Shown piece by piece: positions 1 to 9,989 of a DNA stretch of 64,000 bases. The notes under the pieces were generated by a model, which was given only the letters and a program-made list of their open reading frames with translations, ran no database searches and was not told the origin of the DNA. Made by a program: the position numbers and the translations under genes. Source of the DNA: Candidatus Falkowbacteria bacterium (GTDB lineage: Bacteria; Patescibacteriota; Patescibacteriia; Patescibacteriales; UBA12465); contig CP066698.1 of assembly GCA_016432645.1 (NCBI GenBank), positions 325,062-389,061 on the forward strand. The letters run 5' to 3'. Numbering within the stretch: the first letter of the stretch is position 1; each line of letters opens with the position of its first letter.

Positions 1-550
1 GCTTTTTTAGCTGCTTATCATATTCCCGGCGGCATCTTTTAGCCCAGCGCAAAGTACGTTCAACGGCAATTTCTAAATCAGCGCGGGCAAATTCATTGGG
101 CGGACAATCATCCAAACAAACCATCATGTCTACTCCTAATTCAAATTGAATTTGAATGGATTTTTCCGGAGTAAGCTCGTGCCAAGAACCGTCAAGCGGC
201 GATTTAAAGGCCACGCCCTCATCCTTGATTTTCCCCATGTGGCTATTTTTATGAATCAAGGAAAAAACTTGAAACCCGCCGGAATCAGATAAAAGAGGGC
301 CATCCCAATTCATAAACTTATGGATGCCGCCCGCTTTTTTAATATTCTTTAACCCCGGCTGGAGATAAAGATGGAAAGTATTAACGACCAAAGCACGGGT
401 CTTAGTTCTGGTTAAATCATGATTATCGGTTAATTTCACAAAACCGCGGGTGGCGTCCGGCATATAGAAAGGCGTTTTTAAAAGCCCATGAGGGACTTTA
501 ATCTCTCCCCGGCGCAAACCGTTTTTCTTAGTTTTAATTAGTTTAAACAT
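1..550 (-). CDS. tgt: tRNA-guanine transglycosylase (queuine tRNA-ribosyltransferase), N-terminal ~183 codons; the rest lies beyond the window edge
   Basis: Absent from the ORF track because it runs off the edge. My translation of the minus strand from ATG (550-548) gives MFKLIKTKKNGLRRGEIKVPHGLLKTPFYMPDATRGFVK...LLSDSGGFQVFSL...ELGVDMMVCLDDC. From memory this matches the conserved Tgt core (TPxFMP, DSGGFQ, LDxC). Confidence 0.8.
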   Translation of the reverse strand, partial: MFKLIKTKKNGLRRGEIKVPHGLLKTPFYMPDATRGFVKLTDNHDLTRTKTRALVVNTFHLYLQPGLKNIKKAGGIHKFMNWDGPLLSDSGGFQVFSLIHKNSHMGKIKDEGVAFKSPLDGSWHELTPEKSIQIQFELGVDMMVCLDDCPPNEFARADLEIAVERTLRWAKRCRREYDKQLKK

Positions 551-572
551 GAGATTAACTTAAGTGCCGAAA

Positions 573-2585
573 TTATTGAGAAACCCGGCCGGAATTATTC
601 AAACCAGCAATGTCATCATCCTCCAGCTTGGTAGTTTTCGCGCTAGTTTTTTTAGTGATAGTAGACTGCGTCTCGTTATCCAGGGCGGTAATTACCGAAC
701 CCGGAGAAAGAATTAAAATCTTATCTTGATCGGCGGCACTCGGCGTCACGGAAATTGAAAAAGAAGCGTCAACCTGATAAACGGAAACTGGCAGCCGGCC
801 GATGTTCCAAATGACCGCATGGCGCGAACTGTCATAATATAAATTTCCAACGCCGGCAATAACCGAATCATCCCAAGAAACCTGAGCTGGCAGATTCAAA
901 ACCACGCTGGCAGCGCTCAATTCATGTAAATTATTTTTCACGGTCCAATAAACTTTGAAGCTGCTCTTCTCACCCACTTTCGGCGGCAAGGGTCCGGAAC
1001 CGACTGGAGCATTATCATCATTAAAATAGCGGACTTGTTCGCTTAAAATCAAGTCGCTGTTTAGTTTTGTGACAATCACATTGCTTTTATTGTTTTCAGC
1101 GACGGTCTTATTATCAATGCCATACTGCGAGTAAGCGGAAATTTCCAATTTATTGCCAAAGTCGCTTTCTTGATAATTTTTTAATTTAACGGAAAAATTT
1201 ATTTCACCTTCGTCTCCAGGCTTGATTTCAGACAAAGCCGGTAATTCCTGTTTGGTCCAGACAATTTTACCATTTTGAATCTCGCCGTTTTTATCGGCAT
1301 TAATTGAAGACAAATCTAAAAAATAACCATCAACTACCGCCATCAAGACTGCATCTTTAAAACTATTAGCCCCCTGATTGCTATAGTTTAAAGTATAATT
1401 TAAAGTATCGCCAAAACTGGCTGCCCCATTATTTTTGGAACCATTTAAAAACAGGGTTAAATTCAAATCGCTTTTTACAATTTCCGGACTCAAGGTTTTT
1501 TCCCAGAAAGTGTATGTTTGCCCATCCGCCAGCTTCTTTTCTAATCTAATTATTAAATCGGTTTTTTCCGGCTGATTCTTGAATAAATAATTAAAGGCTA
1601 GTTTCTGGCTGGCGGTTTCGGAATTTAAACCGGAGACTAACCAGTTACCGGCTCCCTCGCTGATAATTTGCAAGCGGGTGCTGGAACTAGTAGAGGCCGT
1701 CGCTGAAGAAACCGTGGAGGAAGCGGCATTTTTATTAGAATCATTAAAACTGCTTATCCCGTCTCCCGACAGAATAAATTTAATATTAAAATCTCCCAGC
1801 TGATTATCATCAACCTGGAAAAAAGAAATATTTATTTCATTATTTTGTCCTAAAAAAGCCGTATTAGAAGACTCGACTCCAACTTGGAACCCAATCCCGC
1901 TAACGACCGTGGCCGCCGAGCTCTCTTTTTTAAATTCGCTCGAAAAATTAAGCGGAATATAAGTCAGGCGCCCGGAAATCACATTAACCGAATCAGCTGG
2001 AGAAATAATCTTGCCGCTTACCAGCAAAGAACCGCTGGCGCCGGAGGCTAAATCTGGCAAATTAAAACCATAATTACCGCTGCTAGGATCCATGGTAGCT
2101 GAAGAAAAAATAAAATTATCCGGATATTGAAGCTCGAGGCGGATATTAGCTAGCGGAAATTTAGTCGGATTATCATATTTTATTTGATAAGAAAACTCCT
2201 CGCCCGCCTTGATATCGTCTGGGGCGACAATGGAAAATTCCAAGCCGCTCATATCATTGCCGCGGTTGAAAAAATAAAAATAAGAAAAATAAGCGGCGAG
2301 CGCCAAGAGCACGACGGTAAATAATTGCTTAAAAATTTTAATCATAAAAATTTGCCGGCGCTTAACGGTCATCTTTTTAACATTAATCAACGCTCCTTTT
2401 TTATCGCTATAGATTTCCGTCAACTTAGAATCGATTTCTTGATGTCTGATTTCCTGTCCAACTACGCGTTCAAAATTTTCCACCTCATTTTCGGTAGGAA
2501 CTGGACGCTCCACGAAGGCTGACAAACCGGAATTGCTTTCCTTATCAATCCTAATTATTTTCTTAACTTTTTTCCCACTGGCCAT
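573..2585 (-). CDS. Membrane-anchored large extracytoplasmic protein with CARDB/DUF11-like repeats, function unknown
   Basis: 670-aa ORF with one N-proximal TM helix (LFTVVLLALAAYFSYFYFF). Segments FSYQIKYDNPTKFPLANIRLELQYPDNF and LNYTLNYSNQGANSFKDAVLMAVVDG resemble conserved-repeat-domain strands. A 15-nt gap to the upstream gene suggests an operon. Confidence 0.5.
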   Translation of the reverse strand: MASGKKVKKIIRIDKESNSGLSAFVERPVPTENEVENFERVVGQEIRHQEIDSKLTEIYSDKKGALINVKKMTVKRRQIFMIKIFKQLFTVVLLALAAYFSYFYFFNRGNDMSGLEFSIVAPDDIKAGEEFSYQIKYDNPTKFPLANIRLELQYPDNFIFSSATMDPSSGNYGFNLPDLASGASGSLLVSGKIISPADSVNVISGRLTYIPLNFSSEFKKESSAATVVSGIGFQVGVESSNTAFLGQNNEINISFFQVDDNQLGDFNIKFILSGDGISSFNDSNKNAASSTVSSATASTSSSTRLQIISEGAGNWLVSGLNSETASQKLAFNYLFKNQPEKTDLIIRLEKKLADGQTYTFWEKTLSPEIVKSDLNLTLFLNGSKNNGAASFGDTLNYTLNYSNQGANSFKDAVLMAVVDGYFLDLSSINADKNGEIQNGKIVWTKQELPALSEIKPGDEGEINFSVKLKNYQESDFGNKLEISAYSQYGIDNKTVAENNKSNVIVTKLNSDLILSEQVRYFNDDNAPVGSGPLPPKVGEKSSFKVYWTVKNNLHELSAASVVLNLPAQVSWDDSVIAGVGNLYYDSSRHAVIWNIGRLPVSVYQVDASFSISVTPSAADQDKILILSPGSVITALDNETQSTITKKTSAKTTKLEDDDIAGLNNSGRVSQ

Positions 2586-2600
2586 ATATATTTAATTATT

Positions 2601-5129
2601 TTATTTTTTTAATAATACGGAAAAATATTTATCAGCATTAATTTTATCAAAAATCTCCCAACCTTTAGACCAAGATAAATTATCGGGATGCTTCCAGAAG
2701 ACTTCTAGCGGCTCAGCGACTTCCAAGCGGCTATGGAACTCGCTGGCAGCTGCTCCCGGCTGTTTTTGCACCAGCAGTGAATATGACCATAAATCTTTAG
2801 AATCAGGATTTAATAAATTATTTAACCTGCTTAAGAAACCGTTATCAGTCTCGGCTTCAAAGAAATTAAATGGCAGCTCATAGCTTAAATTTATTTCCGC
2901 GGTTTGGCCAGGATCAACCATTACCCAGCCGGCAAAAACTGTTTTCCCATCTTCTTGGTATATTTTAGCGCCGCTCGCCGGATCGGTGATGGCCGCCTCC
3001 TCATTGACTAGTAATTTACTATTTTCCCAAGAGCTATCAGGTTCTTCAAAATAAGCGGCGTCAGGAACTTGGAATCCGGAAGCGGATAACAAGCGGCTGC
3101 CTGCAGGCACATAAACCCGAAGCCAATTAACATTCCGCACGCCCGTTAAAATTTCATTTTTTTGGCCGGAATGAATTCTAGTAATTTTAACTTGATTAAT
3201 AATCTTACCGCTAGGGCTAACTTGCGATAACTGTTCAATCTTTTCCACCATTTTCCGATCGGATTTCTGGCCAGCAATATTAGTATTAACTACCATTAAA
3301 TAATCGCGGGGGGCATCTTTTATTTCGCCGCCATAATTACGAGCGCTTACTTCCGATTCTAAAGCCGGATCGGTAAAATAAAACATGATTTGCTTTTCCG
3401 CCAAACTATCCTCAAAGGCGGAAATTATTTTAACCAGACTATCGCGATTTAACTTCTGCGGCAATACTTCCAAAATCTTAGCCATTAAATCGCCGATAAT
3501 TTTTTTAGGCTTATTATCAATATTCTTATCCAAACCCTGTTCCAACGGTACGGAAACCGCAATCGTGGTAGTGGATTCCTTAAAACCGCTAGCTTCTTTA
3601 AAACCAGCCGCCGCTTCGGGATTAGTTTTTTCTAAATTCTTATGTTCAACTACTGTCTGCACGGTTTCCCAAAAATTATTACTATCAATCACTAGCCCGT
3701 AATCTGCTGTCAAATCGATAGGCCCGGTAATCTCTAAAAGCCGTTCAACAACCGTCGGCGTAACACTAATGACCCCATCAACAGTCGGACCGCCGCTCTT
3801 ATCATAAAACCACATCAAATTTTGCGAAGTGCGAACCCAATTAGGCCACCAATTAGCGTCCCAAAAATGCCAGAGGGGGTTAACTAGCCATAAGGGGCGC
3901 GGCGCCTTAACTTTGACGCTCATACCGCCCTCAGTATCATAAGAGCCGCCTCCCGGTACTTCTAAATTTTTAATCTTACCGCCGCTTAAATCCAGAAGCG
4001 CATAACTGCCTAAAAATCCGCCGGAAGCGCGCAGTTCCGAATTATTTTGGAAAATAAGCAAATATCTTTTATCTTTACTCAAACCAAAGACTTCCCTCAT
4101 TTTATCGGCCGCAGAAACAAAATTATCCAAATTAGCGCTTAAACTTTTTGTTTCACTGGCCAGAGTCAAAAATTTAGCTCGATATTCGGCCGGTAAATTA
4201 TCAGGATTTATCTTGCTGATTATCTTGTCTAAATCATTGGCGTCGTTCACTGCTAAGCGTCCATATTTAATAAATCCGTCCAAAGCGCCTAAAAAATTAT
4301 CCGGCTGCTGATTAAACAAGCTATCAGTCGCCAACACTAAATTCTTTCCCAAAGAAGAACTAACTGCTCCGGCCGCTAAAAACCGTTTGCTCTCGGCCGC
4401 TAATTTCATTTTAGGATCTCCGGACAAAGAAGCTAAAAATAATAACGAATCGCTGATAACACTTAAATCTTCCTGGGCCTGCAAAAAACCATTTCCAGCT
4501 TGCGAAAATTCCGTGCTCGCCTCCTGAAAATTCATCGTTGAAACCGAATTGGCAGCGGACACCAAATTATTAAAAGCCATCTTAGAGCTATTCAAAACCT
4601 TATTCTCCAAATTCTTAAAATCTAAAATTTCAAAATAAGCCAAAAGTTTAATCGGAATAATTATAAAAACCAGCACCAAGACAAAAGATAAAATTGAACG
4701 ATACCAAACAACTTTATTTTCTGCCGCCGCTAAGCGTTCTCGGCCGCTGAATTTAAAGCGGGCGTCGAGAATCCGATGCTGTTCCCTAACGGCTGTTTGC
4801 CAAAGATTGTTGGCACTACGGCTCTGAGACTTAAAAGCACGGAACAAACTTTTTTTAAAATTATGCCGGGGGCTAAAAAAATTATTCCACGGCGAACGGA
4901 AACGGAAATGCATTTTAGGAACAGCCGGCAGATTAAAACTGAAAGACGCCTTTGACCTGGGTAATTTATGAGCTAAAGAAAATTTTGGTTTCTTAAATTC
5001 AAATTTCTGCTTCTCGAGCGCGCTAGGATTAGCTGTTGGTTTTAAAGACTGCCTTAAATCCACAACAAAACTAGAGTACCGAGCTCTTTCTAATTCTATC
5101 CGTTTATTTTTATTAGCATCACTAATCAT
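2601..5129 (-). CDS. DUF4012 domain-containing membrane protein
   Basis: 842 aa with one TM helix (ILSFVLVLVFIIIPIKLLAYF). The core YLLIFQNNSELRASGGFLGSYALLDLSGGKI..EVPGGGSYD is the DUF4012 hallmark as I recall it. Its start overlaps the GT4 stop by 4 nt (5126-5129). Confidence 0.7.
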   Translation of the reverse strand: MISDANKNKRIELERARYSSFVVDLRQSLKPTANPSALEKQKFEFKKPKFSLAHKLPRSKASFSFNLPAVPKMHFRFRSPWNNFFSPRHNFKKSLFRAFKSQSRSANNLWQTAVREQHRILDARFKFSGRERLAAAENKVVWYRSILSFVLVLVFIIIPIKLLAYFEILDFKNLENKVLNSSKMAFNNLVSAANSVSTMNFQEASTEFSQAGNGFLQAQEDLSVISDSLLFLASLSGDPKMKLAAESKRFLAAGAVSSSLGKNLVLATDSLFNQQPDNFLGALDGFIKYGRLAVNDANDLDKIISKINPDNLPAEYRAKFLTLASETKSLSANLDNFVSAADKMREVFGLSKDKRYLLIFQNNSELRASGGFLGSYALLDLSGGKIKNLEVPGGGSYDTEGGMSVKVKAPRPLWLVNPLWHFWDANWWPNWVRTSQNLMWFYDKSGGPTVDGVISVTPTVVERLLEITGPIDLTADYGLVIDSNNFWETVQTVVEHKNLEKTNPEAAAGFKEASGFKESTTTIAVSVPLEQGLDKNIDNKPKKIIGDLMAKILEVLPQKLNRDSLVKIISAFEDSLAEKQIMFYFTDPALESEVSARNYGGEIKDAPRDYLMVVNTNIAGQKSDRKMVEKIEQLSQVSPSGKIINQVKITRIHSGQKNEILTGVRNVNWLRVYVPAGSRLLSASGFQVPDAAYFEEPDSSWENSKLLVNEEAAITDPASGAKIYQEDGKTVFAGWVMVDPGQTAEINLSYELPFNFFEAETDNGFLSRLNNLLNPDSKDLWSYSLLVQKQPGAAASEFHSRLEVAEPLEVFWKHPDNLSWSKGWEIFDKINADKYFSVLLKK

Positions 5130-6322
5130 TTTTGTTTTTTTAAAACCTGTTCATAAACCGCGAAGGTTTCACGCGCGCATTCCCACCAACTATAATTTTT
5201 AACTTTATCTAAACCGCGAGCAATAAGTTCGCTCCTAAAGTCGGAATTATTTAAAATCTGCTTGATTTTAGCCAGCATATCATCATCATCCTCGGGATTA
5301 AAATAAACCGCCGCATCTCCCAGAATTTCTGGCAAACTCGCCCGATCAGAACTGGCGACTGGACATAATTTAGCCATCGCCTCTAAAGGCGGCAAACCGA
5401 ACCCCTCATACAGTGAAGGAAAAACATAAGCTCTAGCGGCCTGATAAATTATTTCCAACTGGGCGTCCGGAACATAGCCTGGAAAAACCACCGGGCTATT
5501 AATATTTTCTTTCTGCCATAAATTTAAGGATTTAGCATAATCATGTATCCGGCTATAGAAAAAATCCTCCTTACCGACTAAAACTAATTTTAAATCAGGA
5601 ATCTCGGCGCGCAAGCGGGAAAAAGTTCTAATTAGAGATTCTAAATTCTTGTGCGGATAAGCATTGCCGACATAAAGCAAGAAATTATTTCCGAGATGAT
5701 ATTTTTCTAAAGTTTCCCGGCTATCCAGCTTGGCAACAAACAAAGAATCACGTCCCCGCTTTAAATTAGCCACGCCTTCGTAAGTGACCGTAATTTTTCC
5801 AGCAGCTTCCGGAAAATTATATATAATATCGCGCTTAGTAAATTCGGAAACAGTAATTACGCGGCGGGCTTTTCTAAGCGCCGTTTTAGTGACCAAGCGG
5901 TAAGCTAAATTTTTAAAGTAGTAAATAAAGCTGCTCTTAGTAGTAGCGCGCACCGTCGGAAAATGAGTCAAAATCAAATCGTGCAGCGTCATAACAAACT
6001 TAGTCGGCGTTAAAATCGGAATATTAAAATGAGGAAAATGCATTAAATCTAAATGTTCCCGCCAAATATAAAACGGGAGCTTTAGCTGCTCGCTCCAAGA
6101 ATACCAAGGAATATCGATTAACACCTTCTTAACGCGCGGGCTGGAAGAAACAAATTCATCAAAATTGCTCGGACTTAAAAATATCACAAAATCAAAACCT
6201 TCAGGAGGATTAATCTCCTGAGCGTCATTTATCATGATTATATTATCAACCACCTCTTGAGTGTAGCGGCCTAAACCTTTGCCGACCGGCCCATAGAAGC
6301 GGGCATCAATCCCAATTTTCAT
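5126..6322 (-). CDS. Glycosyltransferase family 4 (GT-B, RfaB-like)
   Basis: 398 aa with the C-terminal GT4 signature FPSLYEGFGLPPLEAMA and an N-terminal MKIGIDARF..GKGLGRY start typical of GT4 enzymes. Confidence 0.85.
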   Translation of the reverse strand: MKIGIDARFYGPVGKGLGRYTQEVVDNIIMINDAQEINPPEGFDFVIFLSPSNFDEFVSSSPRVKKVLIDIPWYSWSEQLKLPFYIWREHLDLMHFPHFNIPILTPTKFVMTLHDLILTHFPTVRATTKSSFIYYFKNLAYRLVTKTALRKARRVITVSEFTKRDIIYNFPEAAGKITVTYEGVANLKRGRDSLFVAKLDSRETLEKYHLGNNFLLYVGNAYPHKNLESLIRTFSRLRAEIPDLKLVLVGKEDFFYSRIHDYAKSLNLWQKENINSPVVFPGYVPDAQLEIIYQAARAYVFPSLYEGFGLPPLEAMAKLCPVASSDRASLPEILGDAAVYFNPEDDDDMLAKIKQILNNSDFRSELIARGLDKVKNYSWWECARETFAVYEQVLKKQK

Positions 6323-6355
6323 TTTTACTTTATTGATTAAACGCCGATTTTCTAA

Positions 6356-7801
6356 TTAAACAAAGGGCAAATTATCCGGGGGCACGGAATTATCCTCTTC
6401 CAGCGGAGACAAAGATTTTTCTGGATAAGAATTGCGCTGTTCTTTATTCTCTAAGAAAATACCGGTCTTCAAAAAACTGTCATCAACGGTAGTCAGCTCG
6501 GAAGCTAGCGGTAATGATGATGGCGCATCCGCTTTTCGCCCCGGTGCTTTTTGAACCAGCGAAGCTTTAACATTGGCCTCCACCGGAAAATGCCATAAAG
6601 TCGCCAGCTCTTCAATATTAAGTATTCCGGCACTGATACCGCGGCCATCCGAACGAACAGTATAGGCGTGGAATATTTTATTCTTTTTTAAATTCAAACG
6701 CGGCACCTGGCGGAAATAAACCGTTTTAGTCATCGTCTTTTTAACATCCGGCTTTAAATTATTTAAATCTAAAGAGGCAAATTGCTTCATATAGCCGACG
6801 ATGCCGTTAGCCACTTTGGCCTTATTCATGACATCTTTTTTGGCGACATAGACCACTCGAATTTTAGCCTCAAAAGACAGCTTTGATAATTTTTCATGAA
6901 CGCCCTCTATCCGCCTTTTTTCTAAAGGAGTTAAATCCATCATAGTTTTTTGCTTTTCCTCCTTCTTACTGGATTCAACATCGCCCCAAATACTATATAA
7001 AATTTCACTGGCATTACCTAAAGCCTCTACCCCCTTCATCGCCAAACCAGGCTTCGCCTTTGCTTTCCTGCCTAAAATTTTATCGATTTCTTTTTCCGCC
7101 TCTTTCACCCAATCAAAACCTATCGGAATTACTAAAAATTGAATCCAAAGCTGTTCGCCCTGGCGCAAAGAACCGCAAAGATCCATTAAAGCGGCCATCG
7201 GGTCTTTAAACTGCGTTTCGCTCGGGCCCATTTGATGCTCAAATTCTTTATAAGTCTTAATCGGATAAACCCAGGAAGAGGCCTGCATAAATTCCGTTCC
7301 CCAGACGTCATATTCTTCATCTGGATAATGCTGCGGGACAGCATCGGTGTAGTCATCGACAACTGAAATTTCCGCGTCCGGATACTGAGAATAGACCGAA
7401 GACTCAATCAAGTTTTTATATTCCGCCGGCGTTCTAATCAAAAACTGGGTATAGCCTTCAAGGCTGACAATTTCATAACTGAATGATTTTTGATATTTCC
7501 CTTCAAACCATTTTTCAAAAAAGTTAATAGAACCATGGGCGCCGGCTAAATAGGTGAACATATTTTCAACCGCTTTTGGCGACTGTTCATTGCCTTTAGG
7601 AATATCGATAGCTAGTAAAACATTTTTGTGGGTCTCTGACCATTTTTCTCGAATCCATAGCAAATAGACCTGGATGGTTCCATAAATAAAAAAGATGCCG
7701 ATTATTATCCAGCCAAAATTGCCCAAAAAAGCCCAAAACATCAGGTCTGGAGGCAGGCTTAAAAATTTGTCGATACCCGCAGTATTAATAACGATATCCA
7801 T
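6356..7801 (-). CDS. Conserved membrane protein of unknown function (N-terminal TM hairpin plus large cytoplasmic domain)
   Basis: 481 aa with TM region FWAFLGNFGWIIIGIFFIYGTIQVYLLW. Motifs LLAIDIPKGNEQSPKAVENMFTYLAGAHG and NIEELATLWHFP resemble, from memory, the non-ATPase N-terminal module of CPR VirD4/TraD-like proteins. No Walker motifs are present. Confidence 0.45.
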   Translation of the reverse strand: MDIVINTAGIDKFLSLPPDLMFWAFLGNFGWIIIGIFFIYGTIQVYLLWIREKWSETHKNVLLAIDIPKGNEQSPKAVENMFTYLAGAHGSINFFEKWFEGKYQKSFSYEIVSLEGYTQFLIRTPAEYKNLIESSVYSQYPDAEISVVDDYTDAVPQHYPDEEYDVWGTEFMQASSWVYPIKTYKEFEHQMGPSETQFKDPMAALMDLCGSLRQGEQLWIQFLVIPIGFDWVKEAEKEIDKILGRKAKAKPGLAMKGVEALGNASEILYSIWGDVESSKKEEKQKTMMDLTPLEKRRIEGVHEKLSKLSFEAKIRVVYVAKKDVMNKAKVANGIVGYMKQFASLDLNNLKPDVKKTMTKTVYFRQVPRLNLKKNKIFHAYTVRSDGRGISAGILNIEELATLWHFPVEANVKASLVQKAPGRKADAPSSLPLASELTTVDDSFLKTGIFLENKEQRNSYPEKSLSPLEEDNSVPPDNLPFV

Positions 7802-7845
7802 ATTCGGTTTATCTTTTTGATATTAAGATTTTATCATATTTTAAG

Positions 7846-7880
7846 AAAAAAAAGAAACCTAATCGGTGACGATTAGGTCT
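7846..7880 (-). terminator. Intrinsic terminator downstream of the 7908..8948 gene
   Basis: On the minus strand, a 9-bp stem ACCUAAUCG/CGAUUAGGU (7857-7865 / 7870-7878) is followed by a U-run (A-run 7846-7853 on the plus strand). Confidence 0.6.
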
Positions 7881-7907
7881 CTTATAAAAAGCGTTAATTT
7901 TTAGATT

Positions 7908-8948
7908 TTATTTCTGCCATTCCTTAAGCCCATAAGTGCCGCGGCTGATTAAAACATAGCGGCCGTCAAGAATTAATTCATTATGGACGGTAGCGGCGTT
8001 AGCCTTCTTTTTATCAAATTTAATATCGTTAATTTTATTGGCAATTTCAGTAAAATGGAGCGGCTTGCCTTCATGTTTTAAGATTAAATAAATTTTATCA
8101 TTGACGGTTTTAGGCTTAATTTCCTGCCAATCAGCAATCCCCCATTCGCCATATCGATTCTGTTCTAAATTCTTAACGGCTTGCATTAAAGAATATAAAA
8201 CTTTGTTGCCATTTATTAAAGCAGCCTTATCGGGAAAAACTTGGCTCTTGAAGACGGATTCGATATCTAAACCCTCAATCTTGTCTTGCAGCTTCTCTTG
8301 GTGCTTATTATAAGCATCCAGTTTCTTTAAAATCTCCAATAATTCTTCAGTATTTAAAGTTTTCTTTAAACCCTCGACTTTATTCAATAAATCATCAGCT
8401 AATTCTTCTAAATGGGCGACTTCGTTATTTTTAAACTTAAAAGAGGGGGTAAATCGATCGTTGTTATTGACTAATTCTAAATCATCGCCCATCAGCTTAG
8501 AAATCAAAAAATTAAAATGATTTTTATATGATTCCCGGATTTTTTCATCATTAGCTTGGCCCGATTTCTCTGAATTTAACTCTAAGGCAATAACTGTCAA
8601 AATATCTAATAAATAATCGCGTCTAATAAGACCGCCGTGTTCGGCTAATAATTTATGGACCGCTTGTTTAAGATCGGAGATATAACCTTCTAGGCTCTCA
8701 AGCTTCTTGATTTTTCGAATACTAGCGGCTTCAATTTGTCTGACGCGCTCACGAGTCAATTTATGCAAACTGCCGATTTTTTCCAAAGTCTCGCTTTTAT
8801 CACCTTTAAGGCCGAAGCGTCTGGTTAGAACGTCTCTTTCTCTTTCTAATAATTCAGAAAACAAAGAATTAACGATATTAATCGCATCCAAACGTCCGAG
8901 TTCTTCAGATTTCTCTTCTTTAATTATCTTTTCGAGTAAATTTTCCAT
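7908..8948 (-). CDS. DNA-binding protein with a sigma-70 region-4-like HTH (N-terminal) and a HARE-HTH domain (C-terminal)
   Basis: RFGLKGDKSETLEKIGSLHKLTRERVRQIEAASIRKIKKL is a region-4-type HTH. The C-terminal IYLILKHEGKPLHFTEIANKI...VHNELILDGRYVLISRGTYGLKEW matches the HARE-HTH pattern (as in the RpoE-delta N-domain). No sigma regions 2 or 3 are seen. Confidence 0.65.
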   Translation of the reverse strand: MENLLEKIIKEEKSEELGRLDAINIVNSLFSELLERERDVLTRRFGLKGDKSETLEKIGSLHKLTRERVRQIEAASIRKIKKLESLEGYISDLKQAVHKLLAEHGGLIRRDYLLDILTVIALELNSEKSGQANDEKIRESYKNHFNFLISKLMGDDLELVNNNDRFTPSFKFKNNEVAHLEELADDLLNKVEGLKKTLNTEELLEILKKLDAYNKHQEKLQDKIEGLDIESVFKSQVFPDKAALINGNKVLYSLMQAVKNLEQNRYGEWGIADWQEIKPKTVNDKIYLILKHEGKPLHFTEIANKINDIKFDKKKANAATVHNELILDGRYVLISRGTYGLKEWQK

Positions 8949-9029
8949 ATAAAAAAATAAAGCTTTTAGTTTTATTTAAGTATCAGCTTATTGAAGCTTT
9001 ATTTAATTTATCATATTATTTTATATTAG

Positions 9030-9986
9030 TCAAGCCTTAAAAGAACGAAAAATGGCAGGATATTCTTTTAAATTAAATTGCTCTAATATAAGCGAAAAAA
9101 TAAATAAAATACCGATTCGCGCCATAATTATTAACTGGCTGATAAAATTCTCGTGTAAAAAATGTTTGACAAAAAGAAGGTGTTGGTTCTTAAAGGACCA
9201 GGCTCTTGTTTGCCGGCTTAAGCGGCGTCTTTCTTGAAAACGACCCCAAAAACCTTGGCCAAAAGACCCGGCAGTCCGATCATGATAGACGAGAGCATCG
9301 GCTACCAAGCGTGATTCAAAACCCGCTTTGCTTAAGCGATAAGCTAAATCGCAATCTTCTTTATACATAAAAAAACGGGAATCAAAGTAGTCATGATTAG
9401 TCTTAACTTTTTCCAAGGCGCTCATCCTATATAAAGCAGCGGCGCCCGACGGCCCCAGAATAGGCGCCGTATCATACTGCCCCTCATCAAGCTCTCCCTG
9501 CCCTAAATCCCTAAATTTTAAGCCTGATTTCAACACTAAACCGCAGGAATCAAGCTGTTTGGTTTTTGCTTGCTTGGCGAAATCCCAGCGTAAAATCTTA
9601 GGGCTAACCGAGGCAATTTTAGAATCGCTGCTTATTTTTACTAATAGTTTTTGAATGGCATCCGGCTCCATAATCGTATCCGGATTAAGCGCTAAAAAGT
9701 AATCGGCCTGCAATTTTTTAGCCTGCCTAATCATAAAATTATAAGCGCGGCTAAAACCAAGGTTTTTATTTCTGGTTAATCTAATTAATTCTTCAGGATT
9801 CTGCTTAATAAAGTATTCCAAGGATAATCGGTTAATATTGTTATCCGAACTGCTATTATCAAAGGCAAAAATTAGCCTTTCTTCAACTGGTAAAAAAGCC
9901 AAAGCCGCTCTAAGGCTAGGTAAAAAATCACCTAAATATTTGGCGCTAGCATCATTATAAGTAATAAATCCGACCACAATTTTCAT
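9030..9986 (-). CDS. Glycosyltransferase family 2 (rhamnosyltransferase-like)
   Basis: The ORF track starts at 10025, but MKIVVGFITYN (ATG at 9986) is the typical GT2 start. Also present are FDNSSSDN, LALNPDT (DxD-like) and a YKEDCDLAYR-type segment. The longer start would run through the divergent promoter. Confidence 0.8.
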   Translation of the reverse strand: MKIVVGFITYNDASAKYLGDFLPSLRAALAFLPVEERLIFAFDNSSSDNNINRLSLEYFIKQNPEELIRLTRNKNLGFSRAYNFMIRQAKKLQADYFLALNPDTIMEPDAIQKLLVKISSDSKIASVSPKILRWDFAKQAKTKQLDSCGLVLKSGLKFRDLGQGELDEGQYDTAPILGPSGAAALYRMSALEKVKTNHDYFDSRFFMYKEDCDLAYRLSKAGFESRLVADALVYHDRTAGSFGQGFWGRFQERRRLSRQTRAWSFKNQHLLFVKHFLHENFISQLIIMARIGILFIFSLILEQFNLKEYPAIFRSFKA

Positions 9987-9989
9987 ATA

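Noticed and set aside
2325-3702. Short antisense ORFs inside large genes. Examples: 2325..2522, 3385..3702, 13448..13807, 14057..14591, 18771..19130, 24746..25174, 30575..31297, 43612..44100, 44795..45231, 50436..50914
   Set aside because: All lie fully within, and antisense or out of frame to, well-supported conserved genes. They have low-complexity or Ser/Leu/Arg-rich translations typical of shadow ORFs.
8949-9029. ATAAAGCTT ... AAGCTTTAT inverted repeat between GT2 and the sigma-r4/HARE-HTH gene as a terminator
   Set aside because: The loop is about 27 nt and the stem is AT-rich, making it too weak to call as a terminator. It may still contribute to 3'-end formation.
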